The notes beneath the pieces are model-generated. The model was given only the letters and a program-made list of their open reading frames with translations, was not told the DNA's origin and made no database searches. DNA of 64,000 bases from Amoebidium appalachense (lineage: Eukaryota > Protista > Ichthyosporea): assembly GCA_963693365.1 (NCBI GenBank), contig CAVNZM010000012.1, forward strand, positions 3,423,617 through 3,487,616, in the 5' to 3' direction. A program made the position numbers and the translations under genes. Positions 19,474 to 30,096 of the stretch are shown here, one piece after another; positions within the stretch are counted from its first letter, which is position 1, and every line of letters begins with the position of its first letter.

Positions 19474-21546
19474 ATGACAATGGCATCTACCAAAACCATG
19501 CACCAGGGACAGGGCAGGGACGCCGACAAGGAGGGCGCCGACAAGAAGACGGAATATGAGGTTTGCTGCGAAGGTGCAGACCAACCCCTGCAGGCCAACC
19601 AAGGACTCTCACGCCGCAGTGCCTGTCCGGATTGGTACCTCGCGGTGTTCGCGCCCCAGGGGTCCCGCGAAGTTACGGTGGACAACGAGCCATTTGGGCA
19701 CAAGGACCTCGTCGACTCCCTCAAGCGACAGTTTGGCGTGGTTTATGCTGAAATAACCACGCGACAGTCCAAGCGCCACAAGACCGCACACTACGAGTGC
19801 AACACCCGCCACCCACCTCCCGGGCCAAACAGGGCCGCGCTCAAGTCGTGGGCAAAGGAGAAATTTCCTTCCGCCAATAGGGTAGTGATGAACCCAATCC
19901 TTGACTGGACGTCCGCGACCCACTGGAGCCAGGGGGCCCACACGACCGTCTATGGCGCAGCTGCAAGCACGGCTGCCGTGCCCACCGCGGCTGCTAAGAA
20001 AGATCAGAAACGGGAGACCCTCATCGAGGAGGTGTTCAGGGTTTTGGAGCGGGAATCAACCGATCCTCACGGCGGATACGAGTTTATGCCCGACCTGCTG
20101 CCAACCACCTGGCAAGAAACCGAGCTCGTCGAGTATCTGCAGAAGTGGGTGGGGAAGATCAACGGCACGTCCCTCTACCTCTTGAAGGTCTGGTGTCACG
20201 ACAAGGGCGTGTACACACTCAAGACGTTGACCGAGAAGGACATGCGCTGCACCATGCAGGGCTTCGTGGTCGAGTGGATGGAGGGTGAGGGTGGGGAGAT
20301 CAAAAGGACGTACACCGGCCTCGACTTCATGACGGGACGACACGTTCCGCGTTATGCGGGAGCCGTGTTCGACCCCGCGTCGCCCCATCCCAAGACAGGA
20401 GAGACCAACCCCAAGTACCGCCAAGGTGCCATGTTCACGTACAACTTCTTCCGTGGTTTCCCCATCAAGTACACCGAAGGATTCCGTTACATGGGTCCAG
20501 GCTGCCCCATGATCCCCTACCCTACTGGCCAGAAGGTTGTCGTGATGCCGGATGAGCTCCTTGAGAAATACCGTGTACGGGAGTACGGTGGCATCGAGAT
20601 GTTCACACGCCACGCATTCGAGGTGCTTGCCGATGGCAACGCTGAGGCATTCGAATACCTTCTCCAGTGGGTGGCCCAGATCTTCCAGTACCCCGACACC
20701 AAGTCTGGAGCGGCAGTACTCGTCAAGTCAGTCCAAGGAACCGGGAAAAACGTCTTCTTCGACGTACTCAAGGCGCTGGTAGGCTCGGAATACTACGCGT
20801 ACGTGAAAAACAAGGAACACATATCCAGCAAGTTCAACGCCCATCTCAACCACAAACTACTGGCAGTCATCGACGAGTGTGTTTTCGGTGGGTGCCACGA
20901 GGCGAACAATCTCATCAAAAGTCTAATCACACAAGAAGACAGCCTTTTGGAGAAGAAGGGCGTGGACGGCATCTACACCAAAAACTACGAGCGCTACGTC
21001 TTCCTGTCAAATGAAGACTGGCCGGTTCGTGTGGAGCTATCCGATCGGAGGTTCATATGTCTCGAGGCGAACGGCGCCAGGGTGGGTCAGCTCCGGTACT
21101 TCGACGAGTTCGTCAAATTTCACCGGCAGCCGGAGGTGTTGGAGGCACTGTTCCACTTCTTCCTGGACCTCCCCGATGTCCCTAAGACAATGCCACCGCC
21201 CCCCCATACCAAGCTCAAGCAACAGCTCATGGAGAAGAGTCTGCCGCTAGAAATACAATTTCTGAGGGACATCGCCCAAGGAGCCGACGGAACACAAGAC
21301 TTCGGAATCGCGGATGGGTGCTGGGTAACAGCCACTGGCATGGCTGAACGGATGCGAATGTGGGCCGACGCCAACATGCTCGACAGTCGGCGGGTGGTGG
21401 GCATCAAGAGGTTGGGATCGACGCTGACACAGGTGTTTGGAGAGGCGCTGCATGTACCGCTACGCGAATCGGTGGCAGTGGGGGCAGTGTCTAAGACATC
21501 GCGCGCTTATCGAGTTTCGTTCTCGAAGATACTTTCGCATAAGTGA
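19474..21546 (+). CDS. SF3 (D5/NrS-1-like, DUF5906) helicase with uncharacterised N-terminal region
   Basis: EYLLQWVAQIFQYP, Walker A VQGTGKN, Walker B LAVIDE, motif C VFLSN, arginine finger SDRRF. Confidence 0.85.
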   Translation: MTMASTKTMHQGQGRDADKEGADKKTEYEVCCEGADQPLQANQGLSRRSACPDWYLAVFAPQGSREVTVDNEPFGHKDLVDSLKRQFGVVYAEITTRQSKRHKTAHYECNTRHPPPGPNRAALKSWAKEKFPSANRVVMNPILDWTSATHWSQGAHTTVYGAAASTAAVPTAAAKKDQKRETLIEEVFRVLERESTDPHGGYEFMPDLLPTTWQETELVEYLQKWVGKINGTSLYLLKVWCHDKGVYTLKTLTEKDMRCTMQGFVVEWMEGEGGEIKRTYTGLDFMTGRHVPRYAGAVFDPASPHPKTGETNPKYRQGAMFTYNFFRGFPIKYTEGFRYMGPGCPMIPYPTGQKVVVMPDELLEKYRVREYGGIEMFTRHAFEVLADGNAEAFEYLLQWVAQIFQYPDTKSGAAVLVKSVQGTGKNVFFDVLKALVGSEYYAYVKNKEHISSKFNAHLNHKLLAVIDECVFGGCHEANNLIKSLITQEDSLLEKKGVDGIYTKNYERYVFLSNEDWPVRVELSDRRFICLEANGARVGQLRYFDEFVKFHRQPEVLEALFHFFLDLPDVPKTMPPPPHTKLKQQLMEKSLPLEIQFLRDIAQGADGTQDFGIADGCWVTATGMAERMRMWADANMLDSRRVVGIKRLGSTLTQVFGEALHVPLRESVAVGAVSKTSRAYRVSFSKILSHK

Positions 21547-21555
21547 TCGCCTGGC

Positions 21556-21970
21556 CCAGGTTCCTTTCAGCAACTTCGGCCACTTGGTGGTAGCTTGGGG
21601 TTTGCGCAAACAGTTTAACGAAGCCATCCGATTGGTTTCTTGGTTTAACGGGCGTGTTTCATTGGTTGCTTGGTGATTTGGTAACTTCGGTAGGTTGGGT
21701 AGGTTCTTGGAGAGGTCCCCCCAAACACACATCGTTGGTGTTCGTTTTGTTTTTGCCCCAGCCCGACTCAACCCCAAAACAACCCACTGAACCTACCCAA
21801 CCTACTATTTATAAGTAAAATCGACGTTTGGGTCTAAATCTACTAATTGAAATCGCGATTACTGTTGGTAGGTTGGTGGTAACTTGGGCAGGTTGGTGGT
21901 GTGTCGGTGGTTTTGTTGTGATTGGTGTTATATCGGATTCATAACACCCCGACTGGCTTATAATATATAA
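21556..21970. promoter_or_regulatory. Putative iteron-type replication origin
   Basis: Perfect 17-bp inverted repeat (21690-21706 / 21789-21805), an AT-rich tract at 21806-21821, and further AGGTTGG/AACTTGG repeats at 21865-21900, directly after the helicase. Confidence 0.45.
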
Positions 21971-22133
21971 ATGAATCGTTTTTTTTGTACGCTATTATGA
22001 TGGCTTCGTATGATGACGCGTCGGTCAGAGATCGGTTAGCCAGGATTGAGGGGGGGAGTGCGAAGTGGCCACGCCAACCGGCCGGATCGACCTGCTACAC
22101 CATCAGAAGCTCGGTCCGGGCATTGATGACGTG

Positions 22134-22501
22134 ACACCCCCCCCCCCCCCGGGCCCTGGGTGGCTGGGGGTGGCTGGGAGGGGCACACAAGGAACCAACA
22201 AAGGAACCACCGGAACCCTCGCACCCACGAGGCGCACGAGGCCCACGAGGCCCGCGAGGCACACGAGGCGTGCGAGGCCCGCGAGGCACACGAGGCGTGC
22301 GAGGCCCACGAGGCCCACGAGGCGTGCGAGGCCCACGAGGCCCACGAGGCCCGCGAGGCACACGGGCCCCTCGGGCGGCCCCTCGGGGCCTGAGGTGGGC
22401 CCGAGAGACAGCAGACAACAAACAGTATGTCAAGACAAGATGACAAGTAAAGTGACAAGCGATGCAATCGGCCACAGGGGGGGGGGGGGGAGGGGGGGGG
22501 G
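22134..22501. repeat. Second poly-C...poly-G bounded element with (C/G)(A/G)CGAGG 9-bp repeats
   Basis: C-run+GGGCCC at the left, GGCCAC+G-run at the right, 9-bp repeats at 22225-22365. Confidence 0.85.
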
Positions 22502-22572
22502 CATGGTTTGAGAATATTGGTTTATTGTCGACTGGGAGGGGGCCACAGGCACCGCCCCGAACACAGTCGGGT

Positions 22573-22977
22573 TTATTCGGCGTCTGTCAGCTGCGGCTCG
22601 AGTTCACGATGGCGGCGCTTTCCCAGGGGGCGGTCGTCTAAAGTGCGCTGGATTTCAAGCAAGGCCTGATTGATGACATCTTTCTCCCTGCGCAGCCTTA
22701 TGATCTCCGCACCGAGGCCCCTTATACCGTGGCAGATAACAGAGGTGACGTCGCTGGGTTCGGGCCGGGTACGGAGATCGGGGGTGACGATGCCGTTGGT
22801 CACGGATCCCCAGACGGCGCACAAGCGTTCAAATGGGGGGTCCGTGCTCTTGCTGTGAGCCATCAGCTGGACGAGCCTGGTCTTTTCGTCCTCGGTCAGC
22901 CGCGCGACATCCGGGTAGGCCAGGCGGATGGTGTCCAAGATCATGTCAGTGTCTATATCCATGGTGGTGTATGACAT
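22573..22977 (-). CDS. Hypothetical protein with coiled coil and NLS-like KRRHR
   Basis: ATG ORF downstream of TATAAAC and a CCAAT cluster. Confidence 0.65.
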   Translation of the reverse strand: MSYTTMDIDTDMILDTIRLAYPDVARLTEDEKTRLVQLMAHSKSTDPPFERLCAVWGSVTNGIVTPDLRTRPEPSDVTSVICHGIRGLGAEIIRLRREKDVINQALLEIQRTLDDRPLGKRRHRELEPQLTDAE

Positions 22978-23143
22978 GTGTGCATGTGATGATGAAATGT
23001 GCTGTCGTGTGGTGTTTATATACACGCGATATGCGTAGGCCCCACCAATCAGAGATGCCCTCCAACCCATCAACCAATGAATGGTGAAGCAGATTCCGAA
23101 TCTACCAATCCGAATCTACTGGGGGCAAGGGCATAATTGGATT

Positions 23144-23314
23144 GGTAGATCTCAACACGTCGACCAATCACACATCTCGTGACCTGAAATCGCGCCTACA
23201 GGTAGATCTCAACACGTCGACCAATCACACATCTCGAGACCTGAAATCGCGCCTACAGGTAGATCTCAACACGTCGACCAATCACACATCTCGAGACCTG
23301 AAATCGCGCCTATA
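23144..23314. repeat. 57-bp tandem repeat x3, one CCAAT per unit
   Basis: GGTAGATCTCAACACGTCGACCAATCACACATCTCGAGACCTGAAATCGCGCCTACA. Confidence 0.95.
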
Positions 23315-23318
23315 AACA

Positions 23319-24920
23319 TTACATAATGGGGCACACGATGATTTCCTCCTTGTCGTCGTCTTGGGCGTACCTCTCGTTGAGGATTCGAATGGCCTGGGCG
23401 CGGGCCGGGGCAGACGGCGAGACGTGGGCGAAGAACGTGAGAAAGTCGCGGTCCTGGTAGCTCAGGAGCGTGGCCATCGGCCCAGACTCGTATCTTGCAA
23501 TCAGACCCACCATCTGGCGCCACAGGGGATACGCGTCGTTGGGCTTCGTGGATTTAGGATCTCTGTCCAGATCGGCTATGCCGAATTGCGCAATTCCTGC
23601 GCCGTAGGCGAGGCACATCTCTAGGCGGTTCGGGGGCGCGCCGTCGCCGTGTGGCCCTTCCTCAGAGCTGAGCGGGTCTTCGAAGTTGATGCCCCGCTTG
23701 TCGGCAACCATCACGCAGTTATCGGACAGGATGGCGGTCAGCCGGGGCGTGTTGATGATGTACTCGTCACGAACGGGGTCCTTGACGACCATGCTGGCCT
23801 TGTAGTCGTCGAGCTGCTCGCAGGCTTCGAAGGAGGTGTCAACACCGGGGCCTTCGAAGGAATCGTCGCTGGCGCGCACGCGCAGCCACAGGGACGCGGT
23901 GGGGCGGGTCGTCGGGGGCTGGTTGGGGGCGTCGGTGCCCGGGGCAGAGGGATCGCTGGGGTCGGCAAGCTTCGAGCGCTTGGGGGGCGGAGAACGTGGC
24001 TCGCCGGGCTCGTGGGGCTTGTCGGTGGCCGGCCCCCCGCTGGTGGACTTGGATTGGGGTTCCAGATCGGGCCGGCCGTTGAACATGGCGTGGACGATCG
24101 CCAACAGCGCGCCGCGGTTAAGGAAGGCACGACCGCGGACTGTACTGGGGTCGTGCTGGCCCAGCGCAAAGACGAGGCGCAGCTTGGGCCACCCGCCAGG
24201 TAACCACGGTTCGCGGTACGAGCGGCCGCGAATGTACCCTTCGACGACCGGCTCAATGTGCAGGTAGACCGCGTCGGCGTCCGCGACGCCGTCGATGGCT
24301 TCGAAGGGGGTGGGGATCTCGTTGGCGTGGTCGTCCGAGAAACTCGTGATGTTGAAGTAGCGACCGTCATCGGTCTTGAAGAGGACCAGTCGGCTCAGGA
24401 GCTCGGGTCTTTCGTTGTACGAGTTATGCCCCGGGACGCGGTAAACGACAGCGACGGCGAGGCCACCCAGCTTGAACCCTGCGGCGTCCATCTGGCGCTT
24501 GGCCTCGGCCAGGTCGAGCGCAAAGGGATCCTCGAGGGAGGGGGGCGTGAGATTCAGGTACCGCCCGACGTGCCTGGTGTGATCGTCAGGGTCCTCGTCG
24601 GAGAAGGGATCTTGCATTGATTCATACGTGTCTTCGAGCTTCTCGTAGAACATATGGTAAAGACTGGCTTTCAGTTGGGCGGCGGTCATGTTGCAAAAGC
24701 CGATCGGAGAGTGCGCGTGCTCGTCGCGTAGGGTAATGCGGACTCGCATTGCCGGATCAAGAGAACCTAGGTACTTTCTCCATTTAGCAGTCTCCTGCTT
24801 GTGATCGCGAATGTTGGTGGTGGCGGGTACGTCCTGGGGATCGCTGACGGCGACGAGACACTCCAAGTCGGCGCCATCGCACCTTACAAAGGAACCCTTC
24901 CACTGATCCACGAACGCCAT
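23319..24920 (-). CDS. Hypothetical protein
   Basis: ~533 aa ORF, GC3-biased, internal PPPKRSK. CCAAT/TATA-like elements upstream. Confidence 0.75.
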   Translation of the reverse strand: MAFVDQWKGSFVRCDGADLECLVAVSDPQDVPATTNIRDHKQETAKWRKYLGSLDPAMRVRITLRDEHAHSPIGFCNMTAAQLKASLYHMFYEKLEDTYESMQDPFSDEDPDDHTRHVGRYLNLTPPSLEDPFALDLAEAKRQMDAAGFKLGGLAVAVVYRVPGHNSYNERPELLSRLVLFKTDDGRYFNITSFSDDHANEIPTPFEAIDGVADADAVYLHIEPVVEGYIRGRSYREPWLPGGWPKLRLVFALGQHDPSTVRGRAFLNRGALLAIVHAMFNGRPDLEPQSKSTSGGPATDKPHEPGEPRSPPPKRSKLADPSDPSAPGTDAPNQPPTTRPTASLWLRVRASDDSFEGPGVDTSFEACEQLDDYKASMVVKDPVRDEYIINTPRLTAILSDNCVMVADKRGINFEDPLSSEEGPHGDGAPPNRLEMCLAYGAGIAQFGIADLDRDPKSTKPNDAYPLWRQMVGLIARYESGPMATLLSYQDRDFLTFFAHVSPSAPARAQAIRILNERYAQDDDKEEIIVCPIM

Positions 24921-25341
24921 GACACAGATAAGGATTAAAACCAATGAAAAGCAACAAGCATGCTTGAATGCACGTGTGGACTGACCTTTATTGGCACACG
25001 AGGGCGCGTTTTATGCCATGACGGCCGCGTCTGATTGGCCGTTCGTGTTGATCCAATCGCATCCGCGGTTTCATGAGCGCGGCAAACGCTTTTGATTGGA
25101 TCACGGGACAGCCAACCAATCCAGAACCACCACCCGCATGACCGAGATCTACAGATACAGTTGAACCTACCATCCTTTCCTAAACTTGCCAACATGACCA
25201 CGGGTCATGAAAGGAGCTAGGCTAGTGGCATGGTCATGCAAGGTTACAAGAACCTTGGCCTATACCGGCAGAGGCCCGTGGCTGCCCACGGGCCGCGTAC
25301 ATGAGCGAATAAATATGTTGCGAGTCCCATTGACATCTCTG

Positions 25342-26061
25342 TCAATGACCAACCCACAATGTTCCCTTACCAAACGAGCAATTGGTCACTTTGACCAATT
25401 GGTCCTCTGCCGTGTCCAATAGATGACGACCTATGTATTTTGCTGCAGCACATCTGTCCAAGCCACGCACCAGCATTGTGTAGTCCACGAGACTCGCCAT
25501 CTTCACACCATCGACCTCACACACTCGGATGGCGTGGTCACCTATGCAAATTGTGTCGCCTCGTTTGGCCACGATTTCATCTCCGGTCAATACAACATCG
25601 CTGTGCTCGGTGTCCATAGTTTGCGAGACTGAGATATTCTGATGTGTAGCAGACCCTTTTGTAGCTTCGGTCTCGCTGGCTTGGTTAACTTTGTGGGCCA
25701 TCAGGCGCGCGATGTAGGTGGCGCAGGTCTTGCGGAACTCGTGGGCGCGTTTGCCGGGGAGCAGGTAGATGATCTCGAGGAGGGTGCAGAAGGGGGCCAC
25801 GGGGGTTAACATACCCTTTCCGTTGATACGGACCTTGTCAGTGCGGCTGACAAGGTCGACAACCTCTGGGTTGGTCGACTTTGTCATCTGAGACCACGCT
25901 TCCCGCCCAGCACCCGACCCAATTACCAATGCGATGGTATCAAGGACACTACCGCGTCCTGGTTCAGTAGTGTAATCCACCCGGAATTCAGCGTCCTTGA
26001 ACTGGGGGTACTCCTTCCAGAGAAGCGACACGTCGGCTTTCTTGTTCTGTTCTCTTGCCAT
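25342..26061 (-). CDS. KilA/Bro-like protein with a second partial N-domain
   Basis: VRINGKGMLTPVAPF..LLEIIYLLPGKRAHEFRK, then IRVCEVDGVKMASLVD. Confidence 0.75.
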   Translation of the reverse strand: MAREQNKKADVSLLWKEYPQFKDAEFRVDYTTEPGRGSVLDTIALVIGSGAGREAWSQMTKSTNPEVVDLVSRTDKVRINGKGMLTPVAPFCTLLEIIYLLPGKRAHEFRKTCATYIARLMAHKVNQASETEATKGSATHQNISVSQTMDTEHSDVVLTGDEIVAKRGDTICIGDHAIRVCEVDGVKMASLVDYTMLVRGLDRCAAAKYIGRHLLDTAEDQLVKVTNCSFGKGTLWVGH

Positions 26062-26670
26062 CGTGTGTGCACACTGACGGTATTTGCCTGTGCGTCGCTC
26101 CTTTATACCCTACATCCGGCAAACCTGGTAGTCGAAGTACCGCATGGTGCACACGTGTCTGACGCCGATTCGATCACAATGATCGATTGCACGAGGAAAC
26201 GCCTACCGCGCATTCGGTCATGTTGACCGATTGGTCGACCGATGTTCAGTCTGTCCAGTAACGACATCCGATCACTCATGTTGAGTGATTGGTGAAAAGG
26301 TCTTCGGGGAGGAGGTGTACATGGGTATCGAACGTCCTCAGTGTGCCTGAGGACAATGGCCGAGAGGATGAACAGCTTTCCCAGTGACACCGTGTTCTCC
26401 AAGAGAATGGGGGAACACGTTGACGGTGTGGTGGTATTCTCTTTGAAATGGGAGGAGGCTTGTCGCAACACATGTTCTACGATTGGCACGAGAAGACCGA
26501 TGACTTGGGCACGCCGTACAGTAGGCTGGTCTGCATGGACGACACCGATGAAATGCTGACTTTATTTAAATCGAAGGTAACGGGTGCACGTGTCATGATG
26601 TCCAACCGGGCGGCGCGGACCATTTGCACCCAAATGCCAGTGTGGGTTTTTGTTAATAAAGCGCGACCAC

Positions 26671-27291
26671 CTACCGCCGACACACCTGGTAGTCAACCAC
26701 GTAGCGTACACTCTCGCGCAATGTGCGCATATGAGAAACGCCGAACAGCCGTCCGTGCTTGTTTGTCTTGCGATCCAGACACACCTCGAGTGCGCCCTTG
26801 GAAGGGTACCAGGCACCGTCGGGGCACAGGATCTCGAGCGTCACCGTGAGCCGCAGGCTCTTGTGGATGTTGCCGTTCGAGTCGATGGTGTTGGACTCGG
26901 TGTGCGGGACCAGCGGCTTCCTGCCGTCCATCAGGCCCCACGCGTTCGCGACCTCCAGGTCCACGTAGCTGTTCTCTGACCCGGCGTCGTACACCAGCTT
27001 GAACGTCTTGCTCTGGCCCTGCACGCGCACCGTCACCGTGTGCGTCTTGCTGCACTCGGGCACCAGGAACACCGGCACCTTGCCGTGGCGCGTCGTCGTG
27101 CGCCGCACGCCCGCGGCCGCGGCCGGGCCCGAGTGCGACGTCGAGCGCCGCGTGCACGCGCAGCCGAAGAGCGCGTTGGACGTGCGGCGGCGGCGGCGGC
27201 GGCGGCGCAGCGTGCTGGGGGCGTGGCGCTTCTGTCGTTTGATGTGGCGCATGTTACCTACAACGCCCACAATGTACGCGGTGTGCGGCAC
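26671..27291 (-). CDS. Retropepsin-like aspartic protease domain with basic N-terminus
   Basis: FKLVYDAGSENSYVDLEVANAWGL resembles hhDTGAxxSxh; C-terminal LFG. DAG replaces D(T/S)G. Confidence 0.5.
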   Translation of the reverse strand: MPHTAYIVGVVGNMRHIKRQKRHAPSTLRRRRRRRRTSNALFGCACTRRSTSHSGPAAAAGVRRTTTRHGKVPVFLVPECSKTHTVTVRVQGQSKTFKLVYDAGSENSYVDLEVANAWGLMDGRKPLVPHTESNTIDSNGNIHKSLRLTVTLEILCPDGAWYPSKGALEVCLDRKTNKHGRLFGVSHMRTLRESVRYVVDYQVCRR

Positions 27292-27321
27292 AAACGCGGT
27301 TATTTGTCTAGATCGGGGCGC

Positions 27322-27555
27322 CTACACCTTGAGCTTGGACCAGCAGCGCTTGCGGCAGCACTTGCGCTTGCTCTTCTTGCTGCCGGGCACGAGGCCGCGG
27401 CAGTTGCCCTGGTAGCGGCACATGATGTACTTGAGGTTGTAGTCGGCGACCTGCTTGAGCCACACCGGGTCGGCCGATGGGTACGACTTGTACAGGTCGC
27501 CGCCGATGAGCGCCTTGACGTGCGAGTCCGTGATGCCCGTGCTTTCCTTCAACAT
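27322..27555 (-). CDS. Small basic Cys-rich protein
   Basis: GC3-biased 77 aa ORF, KKSKRKCCRKRCW. Confidence 0.55.
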   Translation of the reverse strand: MLKESTGITDSHVKALIGGDLYKSYPSADPVWLKQVADYNLKYIMCRYQGNCRGLVPGSKKSKRKCCRKRCWSKLKV

Positions 27556-27575
27556 TTGCAGGTGCCCGCAAAAAC

Positions 27576-27917
27576 ATGGTGCACGCGGCGCCGCGGGGCT
27601 TTCTTTGTGGCAGATCCGCGAGAAAATGTGCGCTGCAGTGCATGGATGACATGGCGAGGCTAAGCGACCCGGGCGTGGTCAAGCGCAGGGAGCTGGAGGC
27701 GCTGGAGAGGCAGATGGAGCTCGAGGCGGGGACGCCGGCGATGAGGATGGACCCCGACTACATGCTCGACGGGTTTTCCTTCTCCCCCGCTTTAAAAGAT
27801 TACATGCGAACAAAATTGGACGGGGAGCCCTATTTACATTTCATGGTGTTCGGGTCCTATCTGTACCACGCCATACCCGCGGAGCTGAACGCCTATCGAC
27901 CAAATAAAAGATACTGA
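27576..27917 (+). CDS. Hypothetical protein
   Basis: ATG ORF with AATAAA at the 3' end. Confidence 0.5.
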   Translation: MVHAAPRGFLCGRSARKCALQCMDDMARLSDPGVVKRRELEALERQMELEAGTPAMRMDPDYMLDGFSFSPALKDYMRTKLDGEPYLHFMVFGSYLYHAIPAELNAYRPNKRY

Positions 27918-27934
27918 GGTATCTCGGTTAGGTT

Positions 27935-30096
27935 ATGTTGGCTACTGTTAGACGCAAAGCGATGACGAGCAGAACAACGATAAAGAACTCGAACGAAATG
28001 AAACAAGGCGGGGCCAGTCGCACTCCCGTGGCCGGCAACGAGTTCACGACGGTCATCTTCTCCAGTGGCAGCGCGGCTTCAGATACACTCACGCGGTGCT
28101 TGCCACAGCCTTTGTTGGCTCGCAAGGCGACTGTGGAGACAACCACCATTCACGCGCTCAACCAATTTGGTCCGGGTTCCTGTATGGGGCGCGTGCGAAT
28201 TCACGACGGGCGGAACGACTGTTCGCATGACTTTAATCTGAACATCACCGGCCCTTTGCACCACGATAACGCGAGGGCGATTGCAAGGGCATTGAGTGCA
28301 CATCACCAACCCCCCACACCCAACTTTCCGTTCCAGCCCGTCTTTTTCGAGTTTGGAGAGCCGCGGTACATGGGGTCTTCTCCTTATTTGGAGACTAGAC
28401 ATTCGTGCAAATCCATCAGTGAAATGGTGCAGATCGTCCACGAACTCTTTTCGGAGGCCAAGCCCCTGGACTTGATCTTTATCACCAGGGACCCTTCCTG
28501 TAGCAATGGCATAATCAGACGCGTCTACAATTTCCTCAACTTCAGAGCGGATTGGTATCGAACCCCGGAGGAGAAAGCACAGTTGATGCCAGAGGTCGAG
28601 GCGGCGAGGGCCAACGACTACAACAGCTGGCCCGCCTTTCACGTCGAATCCATGCGACCCCCACTGATGACGACGGCTCGTTATGAAAACCCCTCGCTGA
28701 ACACCAAAATTCACCACCGCCAAACTTTGGTCTACGATACGACAAACCTCTTCCCCCAGCGAGTGGACTACTTCCTGGCACCCATGATTGTCAAGCAGGA
28801 CCAATATACGCCTGGTTCCGCGCCGTTCTGCCCGTCGGGTGATAAGTTGCGCCCGACCCTGGTGGATGACGACCGCGGAAATGGGTGGATCTGTTTCACC
28901 TATTATGCAACGGAATATCCGCTCGGTGTTGACGTTTTCATGGATACGATAAACCCACAGTTCAATATGAAAACAGAGTGCCCTGATCCCATTCCGTTTG
29001 TTGAAAGAGGCGAGATGCCCCTGCGTTTACGGATGACGATTTGGGAGATTCTGCCCGAGTTTCGCAACTTAAACTTGGTCAAGTTTTTTCTCCTGATCCA
29101 CCGACCCGAGCGCACTTACGCGGATCAGGATGGTATTCCATTCCAGTTTAAAGAGTGTGTGTTTAGATTATACTGGGTCATAGCCCCCTTCAGGGATCTC
29201 AAAATACCATTTACCGAGATGCCGAAATATCTGAAGCCCGGAAATGTCCCACCGGTAGCAGTGTTTGAGCTTGACTGGTTGGGGTTTGAGGATCTGTCAA
29301 TTCCTAGTCTGCGTTACTCCCTGAAGGTGGCACCGATGTTCACGGGCCATACACGCGCCAGCCTTGCCCAGAAGATCAAGACACTGGCCCCCGACCCCCG
29401 GACACCCACGTACACGTGGCCACTCGAGGTTTTTCTGCTGGCCGTCCTGTACGTATCAACAAACGCCGGCATGGTGGATGTGGCGTCAACGGAAGAATGT
29501 ATGGCCCTTTGTGAAGGCATCATGTTGGACCCCGACCTATACGCAGACTCATGCCCTGACCGCGTACTTCTTTGCTCGTCGCCCCCTGGGCTCTCACCGG
29601 TATCGCACCGCTACCTTGTGAATTGGAACCCCGCCCCGCGTCCTACGCCATCCGCCCGTTCTCGATATCCGGCCCGGCATCGCGGTCCATCGGCGTGGGC
29701 TCCAACACGCGCAGCAAGAACCTGTTCGGCCCCGCGGGGCTCGTGGGGCTGCTCAACCCCGCGGACCCCATCTTCCGCGACTACGCGCAGTTCATCATCA
29801 CCGACCCGTTCCCGCCGTCGCACGTGTACGTGCACATGACGCTCGACGACCAGGCCGTCGCCGGGCCCGTGGCCGCCGGCGTCGACACGTCCGCGAACAT
29901 GGCGCTCGCGGCCATCCCGCTCGCGGCCGCGCTCGACAACGTCTACGAGCCCCGCGTGCCCAAGTACTCCCGCCTGCAGGCGCGGCCGTTCACGACCATC
30001 AAGCTTGCGTTCCGCGACGAGCAGGGCGCGCCCCTGCACGGGCGCTACACGGTGGTTGTCAGGTTCGACCACGCGGAGACAGCTGGCCTGTCCTGA
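27935..30096 (+). CDS. Second penton-like protein with a large insertion; frameshift near 29580
   Basis: The C-terminus in the 29572 frame (HVYVHMTLD...ALAAIPL...FTTIKLAFRDEQGAPLHGRYTVVVRF) matches penton C-termini and the end of 9289-10647. Confidence 0.55.
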
